Below are positions 26,297-36,157 of a stretch of DNA of 64,000 nt, one piece after another (position 1 is the first letter of the stretch; each line of letters opens with the position of its first letter). The notes beneath the pieces were generated by a model. The model did not search any database. It worked only from the letters and a program-made list of their open reading frames with translations, and was not told where the DNA came from. The stretch comes from Candidatus Woesearchaeota archaeon (GTDB taxonomy: Archaea > Nanobdellota > Nanobdellia > Woesearchaeales > JAZDKJ01). The DNA is taken from assembly GCA_043803105.1 (NCBI GenBank), contig JAZDKJ010000006.1, positions 32,001 to 96,000 on the forward strand, in the 5' to 3' direction. A program made the translations under genes and the position numbers.

Positions 26297-29200
26297 ATGA
26301 GAGTAAAAAGAGGGCAGCTTGAATCCCATAGTTTGGGTTATTTTTTTCTAGTCGTTGTGGTGCTTGCAGTTTTGATTATAGGTTATAATGCTGTTTTGAG
26401 CCTTGCTACCAACAGCGATCGCCTGAAAGTCCAAAATTTTCAGACAAAGTTGTCTGCAGATACTGATGCTTTAGGTTCAAAGGTTCAGTCTGTCCGCCAA
26501 GTTCAATACTCTTTGCCACAGTATGCAACAAAAGCCTGTTTTTTAGATACAGAGGCGAGTACTCAGTCTATTGGTGCAGTTGAGATTCGTTCCTATCCTT
26601 CAATCTGGAATTCTTATGCTTCAGGTTCAGACAAAAATGTGTTTATTATTTCAGACACGCTCAAAGATTCTTTTCATGTGGATAATCTCGCCTTGCCTCC
26701 AGGTGTTCTTTTCACTTGTCTTCCTGTGCAGAGCGGTGTTGTTCATTTGTCCTTGGAAGCGACCTCAGATGGTCCTATACTCCTGCAGAACTTTCGGGTG
26801 ACAGAGACTTTTGATTCAACTACGACCTCTGTTGTAAGTAACGGCAAGGTTACTGTCACAGTTAGCCCAAATTCTGCTGTTCCAGTTGGTCCAATGCCTT
26901 CTGAGTTGTTTATCGAGACAATCCCTTCTAAAGATACTGAGGGCCATCTTACCGAAACCTACAAGTTTGGTCCGCCTGGCCTGCGATTTGAGCCTGCTGC
27001 AACCCTGACCTTGGCTTATTATCCTGAACTGATTGGCGAGGATTGTCCATCTGAGCTTTTCTTTTTCCATTATGATGATGACGGTAATTTCATCGAGAGG
27101 ATTGATGCAAACAGCATTGATTGTGCTGCAAACACTGCTGATTTCAGCCTTTCTTCCTTTAGCACCGGCTTTGGTGGCAATGCTCAAGCAACCTGTGATG
27201 TCTGTTCTTCCGGCCAGAAGAAGTGTGTTGCCGACGGTACAAAACCATATTATCAATGCAAAAAAGTCAGTGGCTGTTGGGATTGGTCCACAGACACAAC
27301 CGATTGTGGAGGAAACAAAGTCTGCGACGGCGGTGAAAACGGTGAGTGCTGCATCCCAAATGGTGTTTATTATGCTGGCAGCAAGAGCTATTGCTGTAGC
27401 GGTATTATTGATCCAGATTATCATTGCTCCGCTACCGCATGTCCTGAAGGGCACGCTTGTGATGACGGTAAATTCTGCACAGAAAATCCTGATCACTGTG
27501 CCAGCGGAGTCTGCACAGGTACTCCAATGGATTGTTCTGCTTACAGTTCTCAGTGCAACACTGGTTATTGTGATGAAACTTATGACCTCTGCAATTCAAG
27601 AGCAGACACAGGCACCTCTTGCCCTTCAGGCAAGTGCCTTGCAGGCAATTGTTGTGTTGGCTGTATAATCACATCATCCAATAGCTGTGTTGTTGGCACA
27701 AACAAGCGTAACTGCGGCAAGGGCGGCGCTTCTTGTGTTGATTGCGGCTCCTCAGGCACCTGCACCAATGGCGCCTGTGCAGGCTCGTGTACAGATCCCT
27801 GCAGCGACGATTCAGTTTATTGTACATACGACGATCATTGCGTCAGCGGCACCTGCGTTGGCACTCCAATAACCTGCCCAGGTGATGAATGCAACACCGG
27901 GATATGTATGGAATTAATAGGGGGTTGCACTAAAAAGCCCAAGACTGATGGCACAGCGTGCACAGGTGGCCAATGCGTTAAAGGTAATTGTGTTCCTTCA
28001 TCCTGCCAGTCCGTTACCAGTTGCACTTCAGGCGATGGTTGTTGCCCAACCTCTTGCACGAATCCTACTGACACTGACTGCCCCGCAACTTGCTTGGATG
28101 GATGTCATATTGGCAGTAACTGTTACCGAGGTGCTCAGGCCAATGATCCAAGCCATTGTGGCTTGCCGAACACCGTATGCATTGTTTGTGGAGGGAGTAC
28201 TCCTTTCTGCCAGAATGGAGCCTGCGTAGCTCAGTCTGCGTGCAAAACAATTAGTCAGCCTTGTTCTACTTCAAGCCCTTGCTGTGCAGGCCTCTCCTGT
28301 CAGGCTGGAGTTTGTGCCAATTCAGCTGTTTCTTGCAGTCCTTCCCCCTCCTATAGTATCTCACCATCTGGCGTTTATGAGCCCGAAGCCCAAATGACAA
28401 TGACATGGACTTTGCCTGCTTGCGCCTGCAATACCCAAAACTGCTGGGTTAAATGGTATGAAAGCAGTGATAGCTCTGCTTATGCACAAGTCTTCAAAGT
28501 GCAATGTGCTGATCCTGGTCTGGGTTGTCCAACCCCAACTTCTAACACAGGTCCTGTGCACGCTGCTGACCACTGTTATAGCAAAACTGGAGTGGTCTTA
28601 AATGCGCAAAAAATAGTGATAACTAGTTATGATGAACAGCAACAGCTTGCTGAATCCAATTATGTTGATTATAAATTGAATTGTGGTTGTAACGCAATAG
28701 GCTCGCCTTGCACTGCTGCAACTGCAAGAGCATGCTGCAGCACTTTCTGTAGTAATGCTGGTCAGTGTTCTTGCCTTGACCCATGTGAACTTACAGAAGA
28801 AGGTAATTACCAGTGTTCAGATACTGGAGTTGGTCCTGTCAAGAATTACGATTTAAAAGTCTGCTATAAAGGATGCTGGGTTCACCAGACAATCTGCCTA
28901 GAGTCTTGTAATGCTGCAACAGGCACATGCACTGATCCAGGTACATGTAAAGGAACTTGTTATTCTGGTTCCTGTTATTCGCTTGGTGCTACTTCTTGCA
29001 CTCAGGCTACTGGCACTTGCTCTGACACATCGAAGCCATATTGCTGCTCAGGCACGTGCTCGCAGCAGTGCAGTTCTGCCAATTGTCATGACAATATTGG
29101 TTGTGGCGGCCTTAACTGCTATTGCCTTGGCAGCAATTGTGTTTCATGTTCTGGCTGCGTGTTAAATGGCCAATGTTACACTTCAAGCACTGACTTGCAC

Positions 29201-31906
29201 TGTGGTACTAGTGGTAATTGTGTTAATTGTATCTTACAAGGCAAGGTCTGCCAGAATGGTATCTGCAAACTGCAGTGCGATAGCTCAAATTGTTACGGTA
29301 ACACCGGTTGTGGCACTGGCCAGACTGGATGCCATTGTGAGAGTGGAGTTTGTGTTCCAGGCTCTTCTTGCACCCAGCACACGATGGTCATTGATGGAAA
29401 CACAAATGATTGGGCAGGGATTGATCCTTTGGCAAGCTACACTTCCGGAAACTTTGCCAAGATCTATGTTGCAAATGACGCCCCAAAAATGTATTTTTGG
29501 GCTGTTTTTGCCGGGTTCAACGATGTTATTCGTTGGATAATGTTTGACCTTGACAATAATGCAGCGACAGGTTGCTGGGGCGGTGCAGATGCTTACCTAT
29601 ATATCAAGCCTTCCTCGCCTAGTCAGGTCATCTTCGCAAAGACAAATACAGATTGCACTGGCACTACTATTGAAGACGCTCCTTTTTCCTTGTCTGGAAA
29701 CAACATTGAAATTTCGCTGCCAATTTCCACGCTAAACTCTGTAATGGCTTTTTCTGACAGGTTCAAGGTTTTTGGTTATGAACAATCTGGTTACGTTTAT
29801 ACTGTTTGCTCTGTCTGTTCTGCTGAAAACTGTCATGACAATATTGGTTGTGGTGCTGGCCAGACTGGTTGTCATTGTAGCCCCACAGGCTCTTGCGTGC
29901 CTGGTGCCTCTTGCTCAGAGACTGACAGCGGCAACGATCCTTTTGTTTGGAGCATAACTCAGGCAGCCTCTCTTAAATCAAATGACACATGCGTAGGCAC
30001 TTCGGCAATTACCGAATGGTATTGTCAACCATTGGACAACATACATTATGACATGGGGGCAGGGCTTTTTTTGAATTATCCTATATCCATTTACGGGCAC
30101 AAGATCATGGCAACGCAGTCAACCGTAAGCTCTGTGACCTTCCAGTTGGACAGCCAATCAACTCAGGCTTACAACCAAGGGCAAGTTGCAGAATTCGGTT
30201 CGACTGGGATAATGATTCATCTCCAAAGTTGGGGCGGCAGCCCTGTCATAGTCAATTATGAAGCTGCTAACAGGTTCTTTAGAAACGACATTTTGTCTTG
30301 TGCTGATGGTTGTCTCAATGGTGCTTGTATATCCGGGACTTTGCCCGATTATTACGTTAATTCCGGTGCATTAGTAGACATTGGTGGTGTGCCCCAATTC
30401 AATGCTACTATATGCAATAATGGTCTTGTCGCTGTTGGTGCTTCAAATTCGATTAGCTACAGTTTTGGTGTTAACGGCCGTCAAGGAACAGGATCTATTG
30501 GCGGAGGCATTTCCACTCTGGTGAAAGGTTGTCAGCCCGTTCCATTGGCTTTGACTCAAGAGCAGACGGCAGGCCTTCAATGTTCGAACAACATTGAGTT
30601 TACGATTGACTCAACTCACCAGATTACAGAGAGCAACGAGAATAATAATGTTTACAGTGCAACGAATGTTGCTTACACTCCCAGGTGCGCTGTTCAGTGT
30701 TCCAGTTATGCAAGCGCTGCTACCTGTCCAGTCTCTAGCTGTGATTGGTGCCCCAAATGCAAGAGCGCTTTTTATACTGGAGGCAATGACCGTTGCGTCA
30801 ATAAGGACTCTTGCCCCGTAGGCTCCTGCACCATCAACCAATGCAGTGCAACCTGTGACTCAACTCATGGATTTGTTTTCCCTTCAACCTGCACTTTAAG
30901 CACTTGCTCTCCTTTGTGCGTTGATACAGATAGGGGCATGAATTACACTGTCAAGGGAAAGACTGCTAAAGGTCTTGAGTTAAGGATAGACAACTGCACT
31001 TCAGGCAAGCTTATGGAGCATGTCTGCATTGATAATCAAATTGTTGCCGAAGCATACACCTGTCCTTCGCCAACCACCTGCTATAACGGCACGTGTACAA
31101 TCGTTGGCACGTGTACAGACACTGATCCTGTTGGTGATTTATTCGTGAGAGGAACTGTCTCCGGCCAATTGAAGGACGGGACACCTTATACTTGGTATGA
31201 TACTTGTGTTGCCAGCATGGTAAACGAGCGCTTCTGTGTTTCACAAGGCATTCACAAAGTGCCTTCTTCCAAGACTTACGACTGTGATTTTGCCTGCGAG
31301 AATGGCAAGTGCATCAACTTCAGTTCCTGCTCCAACTGTACAAAGAACTGGTTCAGTTTATTCACCTGTCACAGGCAGGATTGCCAAAGGATTCCTGGCG
31401 GCTGCTATTTTATAAATAATCCACTTTTTGTCCAATGTCTGAGCTGTGCAAAGGCTGTCTGCTCTAACTTCACCCAGGACAAGACTACCTGCGAGGATGA
31501 TCCATGCAGGTTAGGTTGTGTCTGGGATTATAGTAAGCGGCTCTGCAAGACGCCGCAAGCCTGCGTAGCAGAGGTTTGTTCCAACGGCAAAGATGATGAT
31601 TGTGATGGCAAGGCTGATTCTCAGGACGAGGACTGCTGGCAGTGTGCAACAGGCGTCTGTTGCGATACCCTTGCCCATAACTACAGGCCCCAGAACTTTG
31701 CCTGCTCCACCGAACAGACATTACATTTTTGTAATGAGGGTGAAGGTTGCGGCAAGAATGTCTATCGTCAGGACAAGAGGCGTTATTGTTCCGGTACTTC
31801 CTCTGGCTGCACCGGAAGCATAACCTGGGATGTGCCGTACATTACTGACTACTGCACCTCCACTGAAAGATGTGTCTCTGGAAATTCTGCCTGCCAACCG
31901 TGCTGA
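26297..31906 (+). CDS. Giant Cys-rich multidomain surface protein with prepilin-like N-terminus
   Basis: KRG/Q followed by a hydrophobic helix, ZU5-like YKFGPPGLRF, many disulfide-rich repeats, CBM9/DOMON-like IDGNTNDW, CARDB-like ITESNENNN and MopE-like EVCSNGKDDDCDG. Confidence 0.8.
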   Translation: MRVKRGQLESHSLGYFFLVVVVLAVLIIGYNAVLSLATNSDRLKVQNFQTKLSADTDALGSKVQSVRQVQYSLPQYATKACFLDTEASTQSIGAVEIRSYPSIWNSYASGSDKNVFIISDTLKDSFHVDNLALPPGVLFTCLPVQSGVVHLSLEATSDGPILLQNFRVTETFDSTTTSVVSNGKVTVTVSPNSAVPVGPMPSELFIETIPSKDTEGHLTETYKFGPPGLRFEPAATLTLAYYPELIGEDCPSELFFFHYDDDGNFIERIDANSIDCAANTADFSLSSFSTGFGGNAQATCDVCSSGQKKCVADGTKPYYQCKKVSGCWDWSTDTTDCGGNKVCDGGENGECCIPNGVYYAGSKSYCCSGIIDPDYHCSATACPEGHACDDGKFCTENPDHCASGVCTGTPMDCSAYSSQCNTGYCDETYDLCNSRADTGTSCPSGKCLAGNCCVGCIITSSNSCVVGTNKRNCGKGGASCVDCGSSGTCTNGACAGSCTDPCSDDSVYCTYDDHCVSGTCVGTPITCPGDECNTGICMELIGGCTKKPKTDGTACTGGQCVKGNCVPSSCQSVTSCTSGDGCCPTSCTNPTDTDCPATCLDGCHIGSNCYRGAQANDPSHCGLPNTVCIVCGGSTPFCQNGACVAQSACKTISQPCSTSSPCCAGLSCQAGVCANSAVSCSPSPSYSISPSGVYEPEAQMTMTWTLPACACNTQNCWVKWYESSDSSAYAQVFKVQCADPGLGCPTPTSNTGPVHAADHCYSKTGVVLNAQKIVITSYDEQQQLAESNYVDYKLNCGCNAIGSPCTAATARACCSTFCSNAGQCSCLDPCELTEEGNYQCSDTGVGPVKNYDLKVCYKGCWVHQTICLESCNAATGTCTDPGTCKGTCYSGSCYSLGATSCTQATGTCSDTSKPYCCSGTCSQQCSSANCHDNIGCGGLNCYCLGSNCVSCSGCVLNGQCYTSSTDLHCGTSGNCVNCILQGKVCQNGICKLQCDSSNCYGNTGCGTGQTGCHCESGVCVPGSSCTQHTMVIDGNTNDWAGIDPLASYTSGNFAKIYVANDAPKMYFWAVFAGFNDVIRWIMFDLDNNAATGCWGGADAYLYIKPSSPSQVIFAKTNTDCTGTTIEDAPFSLSGNNIEISLPISTLNSVMAFSDRFKVFGYEQSGYVYTVCSVCSAENCHDNIGCGAGQTGCHCSPTGSCVPGASCSETDSGNDPFVWSITQAASLKSNDTCVGTSAITEWYCQPLDNIHYDMGAGLFLNYPISIYGHKIMATQSTVSSVTFQLDSQSTQAYNQGQVAEFGSTGIMIHLQSWGGSPVIVNYEAANRFFRNDILSCADGCLNGACISGTLPDYYVNSGALVDIGGVPQFNATICNNGLVAVGASNSISYSFGVNGRQGTGSIGGGISTLVKGCQPVPLALTQEQTAGLQCSNNIEFTIDSTHQITESNENNNVYSATNVAYTPRCAVQCSSYASAATCPVSSCDWCPKCKSAFYTGGNDRCVNKDSCPVGSCTINQCSATCDSTHGFVFPSTCTLSTCSPLCVDTDRGMNYTVKGKTAKGLELRIDNCTSGKLMEHVCIDNQIVAEAYTCPSPTTCYNGTCTIVGTCTDTDPVGDLFVRGTVSGQLKDGTPYTWYDTCVASMVNERFCVSQGIHKVPSSKTYDCDFACENGKCINFSSCSNCTKNWFSLFTCHRQDCQRIPGGCYFINNPLFVQCLSCAKAVCSNFTQDKTTCEDDPCRLGCVWDYSKRLCKTPQACVAEVCSNGKDDDCDGKADSQDEDCWQCATGVCCDTLAHNYRPQNFACSTEQTLHFCNEGEGCGKNVYRQDKRRYCSGTSSGCTGSITWDVPYITDYCTSTERCVSGNSACQPC

Positions 31907-31965
31907 TGTATTGACTTCTCCCGAACAGCAATCTTTTAAAACCCTGTGCGCACTCTTTATTCTGC

Positions 31966-33060
31966 GTGGATAATATGCGATTGGAAGAAATAGCTAAACT
32001 TCATTTTGTTCTTATGGCAGGAGGCGGTCCTGACACAATGAAGGTGGATGGCCGCAACAAGTGCTTTGCCGTCCTACAAGGCAGACAGGTTTTTGAGTAT
32101 GGGCTTGATGCCTTGTTTAGCCTTGGCGCCAAAAATATATCCGTTACCTGTTCAGATGAAGACAGCTCTGACATTACCAGGTACAATGGACACGTCAATA
32201 TTCTAGAGAGCAATAAACAAATGAGCCTCGCCGAGCGTCTGCTTCTTCTTGCTGACGGATTTAAGGCGCACGAGCCTGTTGCCTTATTGTATGGTGATCA
32301 TCCTTTTGTTTCGGCAAAGTCCTTAACCCATTCCTTGATTGCCGCTGACTTGGCAAAAGCAGATTTGTTCCTTCCAGTGATTCCATCCGAGTTTGAAAGT
32401 GTCTTTTCACACTATCAGCCGCATGATTACGTATACTTTAAGGAGTTCAAATGGTATCACAGTCCATTGATAATAGCAAAACCTGCAAACCTTGACCTCA
32501 GGCATTTAAGAAAAGTGGCTGGGATGAGAAAGGTCTACCAGAAAGGCACTTACAACTCTGTCAAGACGTATTCAAATATCATTGCGTACGGAAGTTGGCA
32601 TCTTGGACCGAGGATCGTGCCTGCAGTGCTTGCTTCTCCAGCCTCAAAAATGCTTGAAAAAGGAGGTTTTGATTCTTTGGCACACTACGTGCGAAGATTA
32701 GCTCCTGCCTCTCTTTTTGTTTCCAAGACGCAAAAATTGTTTAACGCACCCTGCTCATTTTTGGTTAGTTGCTACGGTGAACTTGCTTTAGAAATCGACA
32801 GGCCATCCCATATTGAACCTTTTAGAGAGCATTTTTTCGAAATTCAAGAGAAAATATCTTCTACTCATGACCTCATCGAAAGTTTTCATCAGAATGCCGA
32901 ATTTTTTGCTGAACTCGCAAAATACAATTATGAGGATGCGTCAAACCATCCCAGGGTGCGGGAGATTTTTTCCAATCACAAAGCTCACCCTTTAGTCCGT
33001 TCTCTAAAAATCAATTGGAAAAATGCTCTTGCCAGTCTCAAGACTTACAACTTAGTCTAA
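31966..33060 (+). CDS. MobA-like nucleotidyltransferase (NTP transferase) family protein
   Basis: LMAGG..., NKCF and LLYGDHPFV. Confidence 0.7.
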   Translation: MDNMRLEEIAKLHFVLMAGGGPDTMKVDGRNKCFAVLQGRQVFEYGLDALFSLGAKNISVTCSDEDSSDITRYNGHVNILESNKQMSLAERLLLLADGFKAHEPVALLYGDHPFVSAKSLTHSLIAADLAKADLFLPVIPSEFESVFSHYQPHDYVYFKEFKWYHSPLIIAKPANLDLRHLRKVAGMRKVYQKGTYNSVKTYSNIIAYGSWHLGPRIVPAVLASPASKMLEKGGFDSLAHYVRRLAPASLFVSKTQKLFNAPCSFLVSCYGELALEIDRPSHIEPFREHFFEIQEKISSTHDLIESFHQNAEFFAELAKYNYEDASNHPRVREIFSNHKAHPLVRSLKINWKNALASLKTYNLV

Positions 33061-33127
33061 TATACAAAAAGCTATACCAATACACAAAAACATAACATTT
33101 ATATATTAGTTAGTCTTGATATGTCTA

Positions 33128-33535
33128 ATGGTTATTTTGTATGACCGCTTTAACCTCTCTGAGGACATCTTTGAGGTTATCTTTTCCACAGGCTCGCAGA
33201 AGATTGTGGCAAAGGCACTTATCGAGTACTTGAAAGAAAACGAGGGTGAAGTGAACAAGACGCAAATGTCCTTGTTTGCTACAGCACTTCACGAAGGTAA
33301 GTTCCAGACTGTGCTCGACGAAGAACCCTACCGAGGGAAAAAAGTCCAGTTGGCCTACAACAAGAGGCAGTTTTACGACAGGATACTTACCCCTATGAAG
33401 AGTATGGGCATAATAGATTATGACATGTACAAGAAGACCTACAAACTTAGCGATAAGTTCAACAAGGATATGCTGCGCATCGGCTTGATGTGGCTCCAGG
33501 AGCTGAGGAAGCCTGCGCACACCTACAAAAAATGA
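33128..33535 (+). CDS. Conserved hypothetical protein, probably winged-helix; paralogue of 57737..58141
   Basis: YNKRQFYDRILTPMKSMGIIDYD...TYKLS fits a helix-plus-wing pattern. The TATA box at about 33098 supports ATG 33128. Confidence 0.75.
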   Translation: MVILYDRFNLSEDIFEVIFSTGSQKIVAKALIEYLKENEGEVNKTQMSLFATALHEGKFQTVLDEEPYRGKKVQLAYNKRQFYDRILTPMKSMGIIDYDMYKKTYKLSDKFNKDMLRIGLMWLQELRKPAHTYKK

Positions 33536-33543
33536 CGATCAAA

Positions 33544-33600
33544 AGGCTCCCTGCATAACGCCCTTTCTTCCAAACCACCCCCTCAATTCTCAGGGAGCCT
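33544..33600. repeat. 10-bp perfect inverted repeat enclosing 37 nt (terminator or small RNA)
   Basis: AGGCTCCCTG (33544-33553) and CAGGGAGCCT (33591-33600). Followed by Ts on the minus strand. Confidence 0.6.
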
Positions 33601-33669
33601 ATCCTAATCACACTGCAATGATATAATTATTAGCAAAATTTATATAATAGCTCTCCAAGTAAAACCCTT

Positions 33670-34377
33670 ATGGACGACATGGGTATGGACAAGAGGTCTA
33701 GGGATAAGGTTCTGAATCAGATAATTGAGGACAAGCAAAGGCCCAGGAAATCCGGTGCTTGGAAATTTATCACCTTAGCTATATTGATTATTGCTGTTCT
33801 TGCAGCGCTTTCCTTCGTCTATTTCAAGCAAGGTGGCAAGATTACCGGCAATGTTATACAGGAGACAAAGACAGCAACTGTGCAGAACACGCAGGCCCAG
33901 GTTGCTGAAAAGCATCTTGCGGAGCCAAGTGAACTAATCGCTTATATTCTCGATTTAAGAGATTATTCAAACTCCGGTGACATTGTCAAGATTGCCGATA
34001 GCGTTTCTTGGCTTAATCAAGAAGTGGAAAACTATGATGCTGCAGAGATAAAGGTTGGCTGGCAGGCCATTGTTGGTTGTGCTTACCAGAAGTGTTCTGA
34101 TGCTGATTACCTGAGCATGATTGATGCTATCTCGATAAAGCAGATAGCCAAGAACAATAATGGGCTCATACATTCCCTGATCGAGACTTTTAACTTATGG
34201 AATGGAAAGAACCAGGTGTATTTTTCAGATTCCTTGAGCACCACCAACGCCCTGATCACAGGCCTGAAGAATGCAAGCGTCACAGCTGCCTGGAATAACT
34301 TGGTCACCTGTAACGGTATCTGTGAGACATTCTCTTCCCAGACACTCGGCTTGATTAAGCTGATTAATTCTGCTTGA
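33670..34377 (+). CDS. Single-pass membrane protein with ITG motif and helical Cys-containing ectodomain
   Basis: TM helix followed by GKITGNVI, then two W..(I/L)V.C....C repeats. Confidence 0.7.
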   Translation: MDDMGMDKRSRDKVLNQIIEDKQRPRKSGAWKFITLAILIIAVLAALSFVYFKQGGKITGNVIQETKTATVQNTQAQVAEKHLAEPSELIAYILDLRDYSNSGDIVKIADSVSWLNQEVENYDAAEIKVGWQAIVGCAYQKCSDADYLSMIDAISIKQIAKNNNGLIHSLIETFNLWNGKNQVYFSDSLSTTNALITGLKNASVTAAWNNLVTCNGICETFSSQTLGLIKLINSA

Positions 34378-34956
34378 TTACCTTACTATTTTTTTCAGGT
34401 TATGCCACCAATCGTTAGAATTAGTCTTTTCTATTAATGTCAAGAGTCTTTTCCCACTCTCAGTCTTTATAATTTTCCATGTGTTATCTATCCAGTTTTG
34501 AGCATCTTTATAACCAATCTCTATATACTCTTTTGCTTGGCACGCTGTCTCCAGCAAGTCCGCATCTCTCGCAACCTGTGCCTCCTTGCTCTGGTCGTTT
34601 CGTAATTCTTCGAAAAGCTTTAACAGTTCGTCTGAGGCCTCAACAGGAAGGTTTTCATACTGCTCAAGAACAGCTTTGTGCTTTGCTGCATGAGAATCTA
34701 TGTATCTTTGATTGACTTTGTGAAAATCGTTAAGTCTTGTCTCTGCAACATTGTGAAAAAGGCATTCCAGCACTACTTTTTTCGTATCTGCACCTTCCAA
34801 TCTGGCAAGGACATAGCCAATAAGTGCTGTCCTGAATGAATGCTCTGCAACACTCTCCGGGTCTTTTATGTTCACCAGCCACCAGCCGCTTCTCTTTACT
34901 CTTTTGAGCTGGCCCACCTCGAAGAAGAAATCCACAATCTGTTTTTCGTCTTTCAT
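34378..34956 (-). CDS. HD-domain protein (HDDC2/YfbR-like) with HD changed to HN
   Basis: LKRVKRSGW, ESVAEHSFR, CLFHNVAE and DADLLE. Confidence 0.85.
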   Translation of the reverse strand: MKDEKQIVDFFFEVGQLKRVKRSGWWLVNIKDPESVAEHSFRTALIGYVLARLEGADTKKVVLECLFHNVAETRLNDFHKVNQRYIDSHAAKHKAVLEQYENLPVEASDELLKLFEELRNDQSKEAQVARDADLLETACQAKEYIEIGYKDAQNWIDNTWKIIKTESGKRLLTLIEKTNSNDWWHNLKKIVR

Positions 34957-34964
34957 CTTCTGTC

Positions 34965-35540
34965 CTACCGCGTTATATTCTTCAAGTCATGCCACCATGA
35001 ACTGGAATCAGTACCTTCAATTATCCTAAGTAGTTTTTTCGCAGACTCTGTTTTGAGTAAGCTACCTGCATTGTGAATCCAATCCAATGAGTCTTTATAA
35101 CCAATATCAAGATATTCCTTGTGCTGCACAACATCTTCCAATAAATCAGCATCTCTGGCGATTATCCCTTCTTTTGTAGAATCTATTCCATATTGCTTGA
35201 AAAGTTCTATTGATTCTGCTGCCATTTCTTTTGGCAGCCGCTGCATCTGTTCTTCAAATGCTTGCTTTTCTGCACCCTTTACCTCAAGGTATCTTTGTCC
35301 TATTTTGTGGATGTCATTTAATCTTGCCTCAGGCAAATCCTGAAGCAGGCACATCATTACAACCTTGTAAGGGTCTGCTTTTTCCAGTTTTGCAAGCACA
35401 TACCCAATCACTGCAGCGCGGAAAGAGTGTTCAGCTACTGTATCAGGGTCCTTTATCTTTGCTATCCAGCAACCGCTCCTTTTAACCCTCTTCAGTTGCC
35501 CTGCCTCAAAAAAGAAGTCTACGATGTCTTTCTCTGTCAA
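34965..35540 (-). CDS. HD-domain protein (HDDC2/YfbR-like) with HD changed to QD
   Basis: LKRVKRSG, DTVAEHSFR, CLLQDLPE and DADLLE. Confidence 0.85.
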   Translation of the reverse strand: MTEKDIVDFFFEAGQLKRVKRSGCWIAKIKDPDTVAEHSFRAAVIGYVLAKLEKADPYKVVMMCLLQDLPEARLNDIHKIGQRYLEVKGAEKQAFEEQMQRLPKEMAAESIELFKQYGIDSTKEGIIARDADLLEDVVQHKEYLDIGYKDSLDWIHNAGSLLKTESAKKLLRIIEGTDSSSWWHDLKNITR

Positions 35541-35544
35541 GATG

Positions 35545-36105
35545 TTATCCCCTTTTCATTGCCACATCATAAAGCAGGTCGTCTAATCTCTTCAGATTCC
35601 ACTTGATAGAGTCTGCTTTTTTTCTTAGTTCTCCGTTGCGCAGATCGAATTTCAAGAATTCCTCATAGATCTCCTGCACAAGTTCATGTATTTCATTTGC
35701 AGAATTAAAGTCTTTGTTTATCCCGTCCATCACTGCCTTTCGCACAAGTTCTCCTGTTAGGTCGCACAGCCCAAGAAGATAGTTTTCATCCTCTACTCCT
35801 AGCTCTTTCGGCGTGGGTATTTTCTTGTTGGCCACAAATTCATAGAAGCACATTGCCTCAACAAATTCTTGTTTTGCAACGTTCTGGATATTCGCGTCAA
35901 ATTGTTCTTGAGGCAGTTTTTTGACGAGCGCTTTTATCTCTTTTATGAGCCCTTCTGCTTTTTTCCGGTCACTTCTCTGCAATCCGAAGATTATCTGTTT
36001 TGAGAGGTTGATGATTACCCTTGATGTCTGGATTACTGTTTCCCTTTGTTCCTCGAATCTCTTGAATTCCTGTCTTATGCGCTCAAATTGTTTTTTGTCA
36101 AGCAT
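35545..36105 (-). CDS. Translin/TRAX-family (archaeal C3PO-like) RNase
   Basis: QEFVEA, YLLGLCDLTGELVR and LRKKAD. Confidence 0.88.
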   Translation of the reverse strand: MLDKKQFERIRQEFKRFEEQRETVIQTSRVIINLSKQIIFGLQRSDRKKAEGLIKEIKALVKKLPQEQFDANIQNVAKQEFVEAMCFYEFVANKKIPTPKELGVEDENYLLGLCDLTGELVRKAVMDGINKDFNSANEIHELVQEIYEEFLKFDLRNGELRKKADSIKWNLKRLDDLLYDVAMKRG

Positions 36106-36157
36106 TTTATCTGAAAAACGAGGTGATATTATTTAAACCTATTGCTAGCTTTCCGGA

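Noticed and set aside
26571-31823. Alternative-frame ORFs within the Cys-rich gene, and its repeats as a possible CRISPR or tandem DNA array
   Set aside because: The repeats are degenerate protein-level modules without constant repeat-spacer periodicity, and the alternative ORFs lack motifs and start signals.
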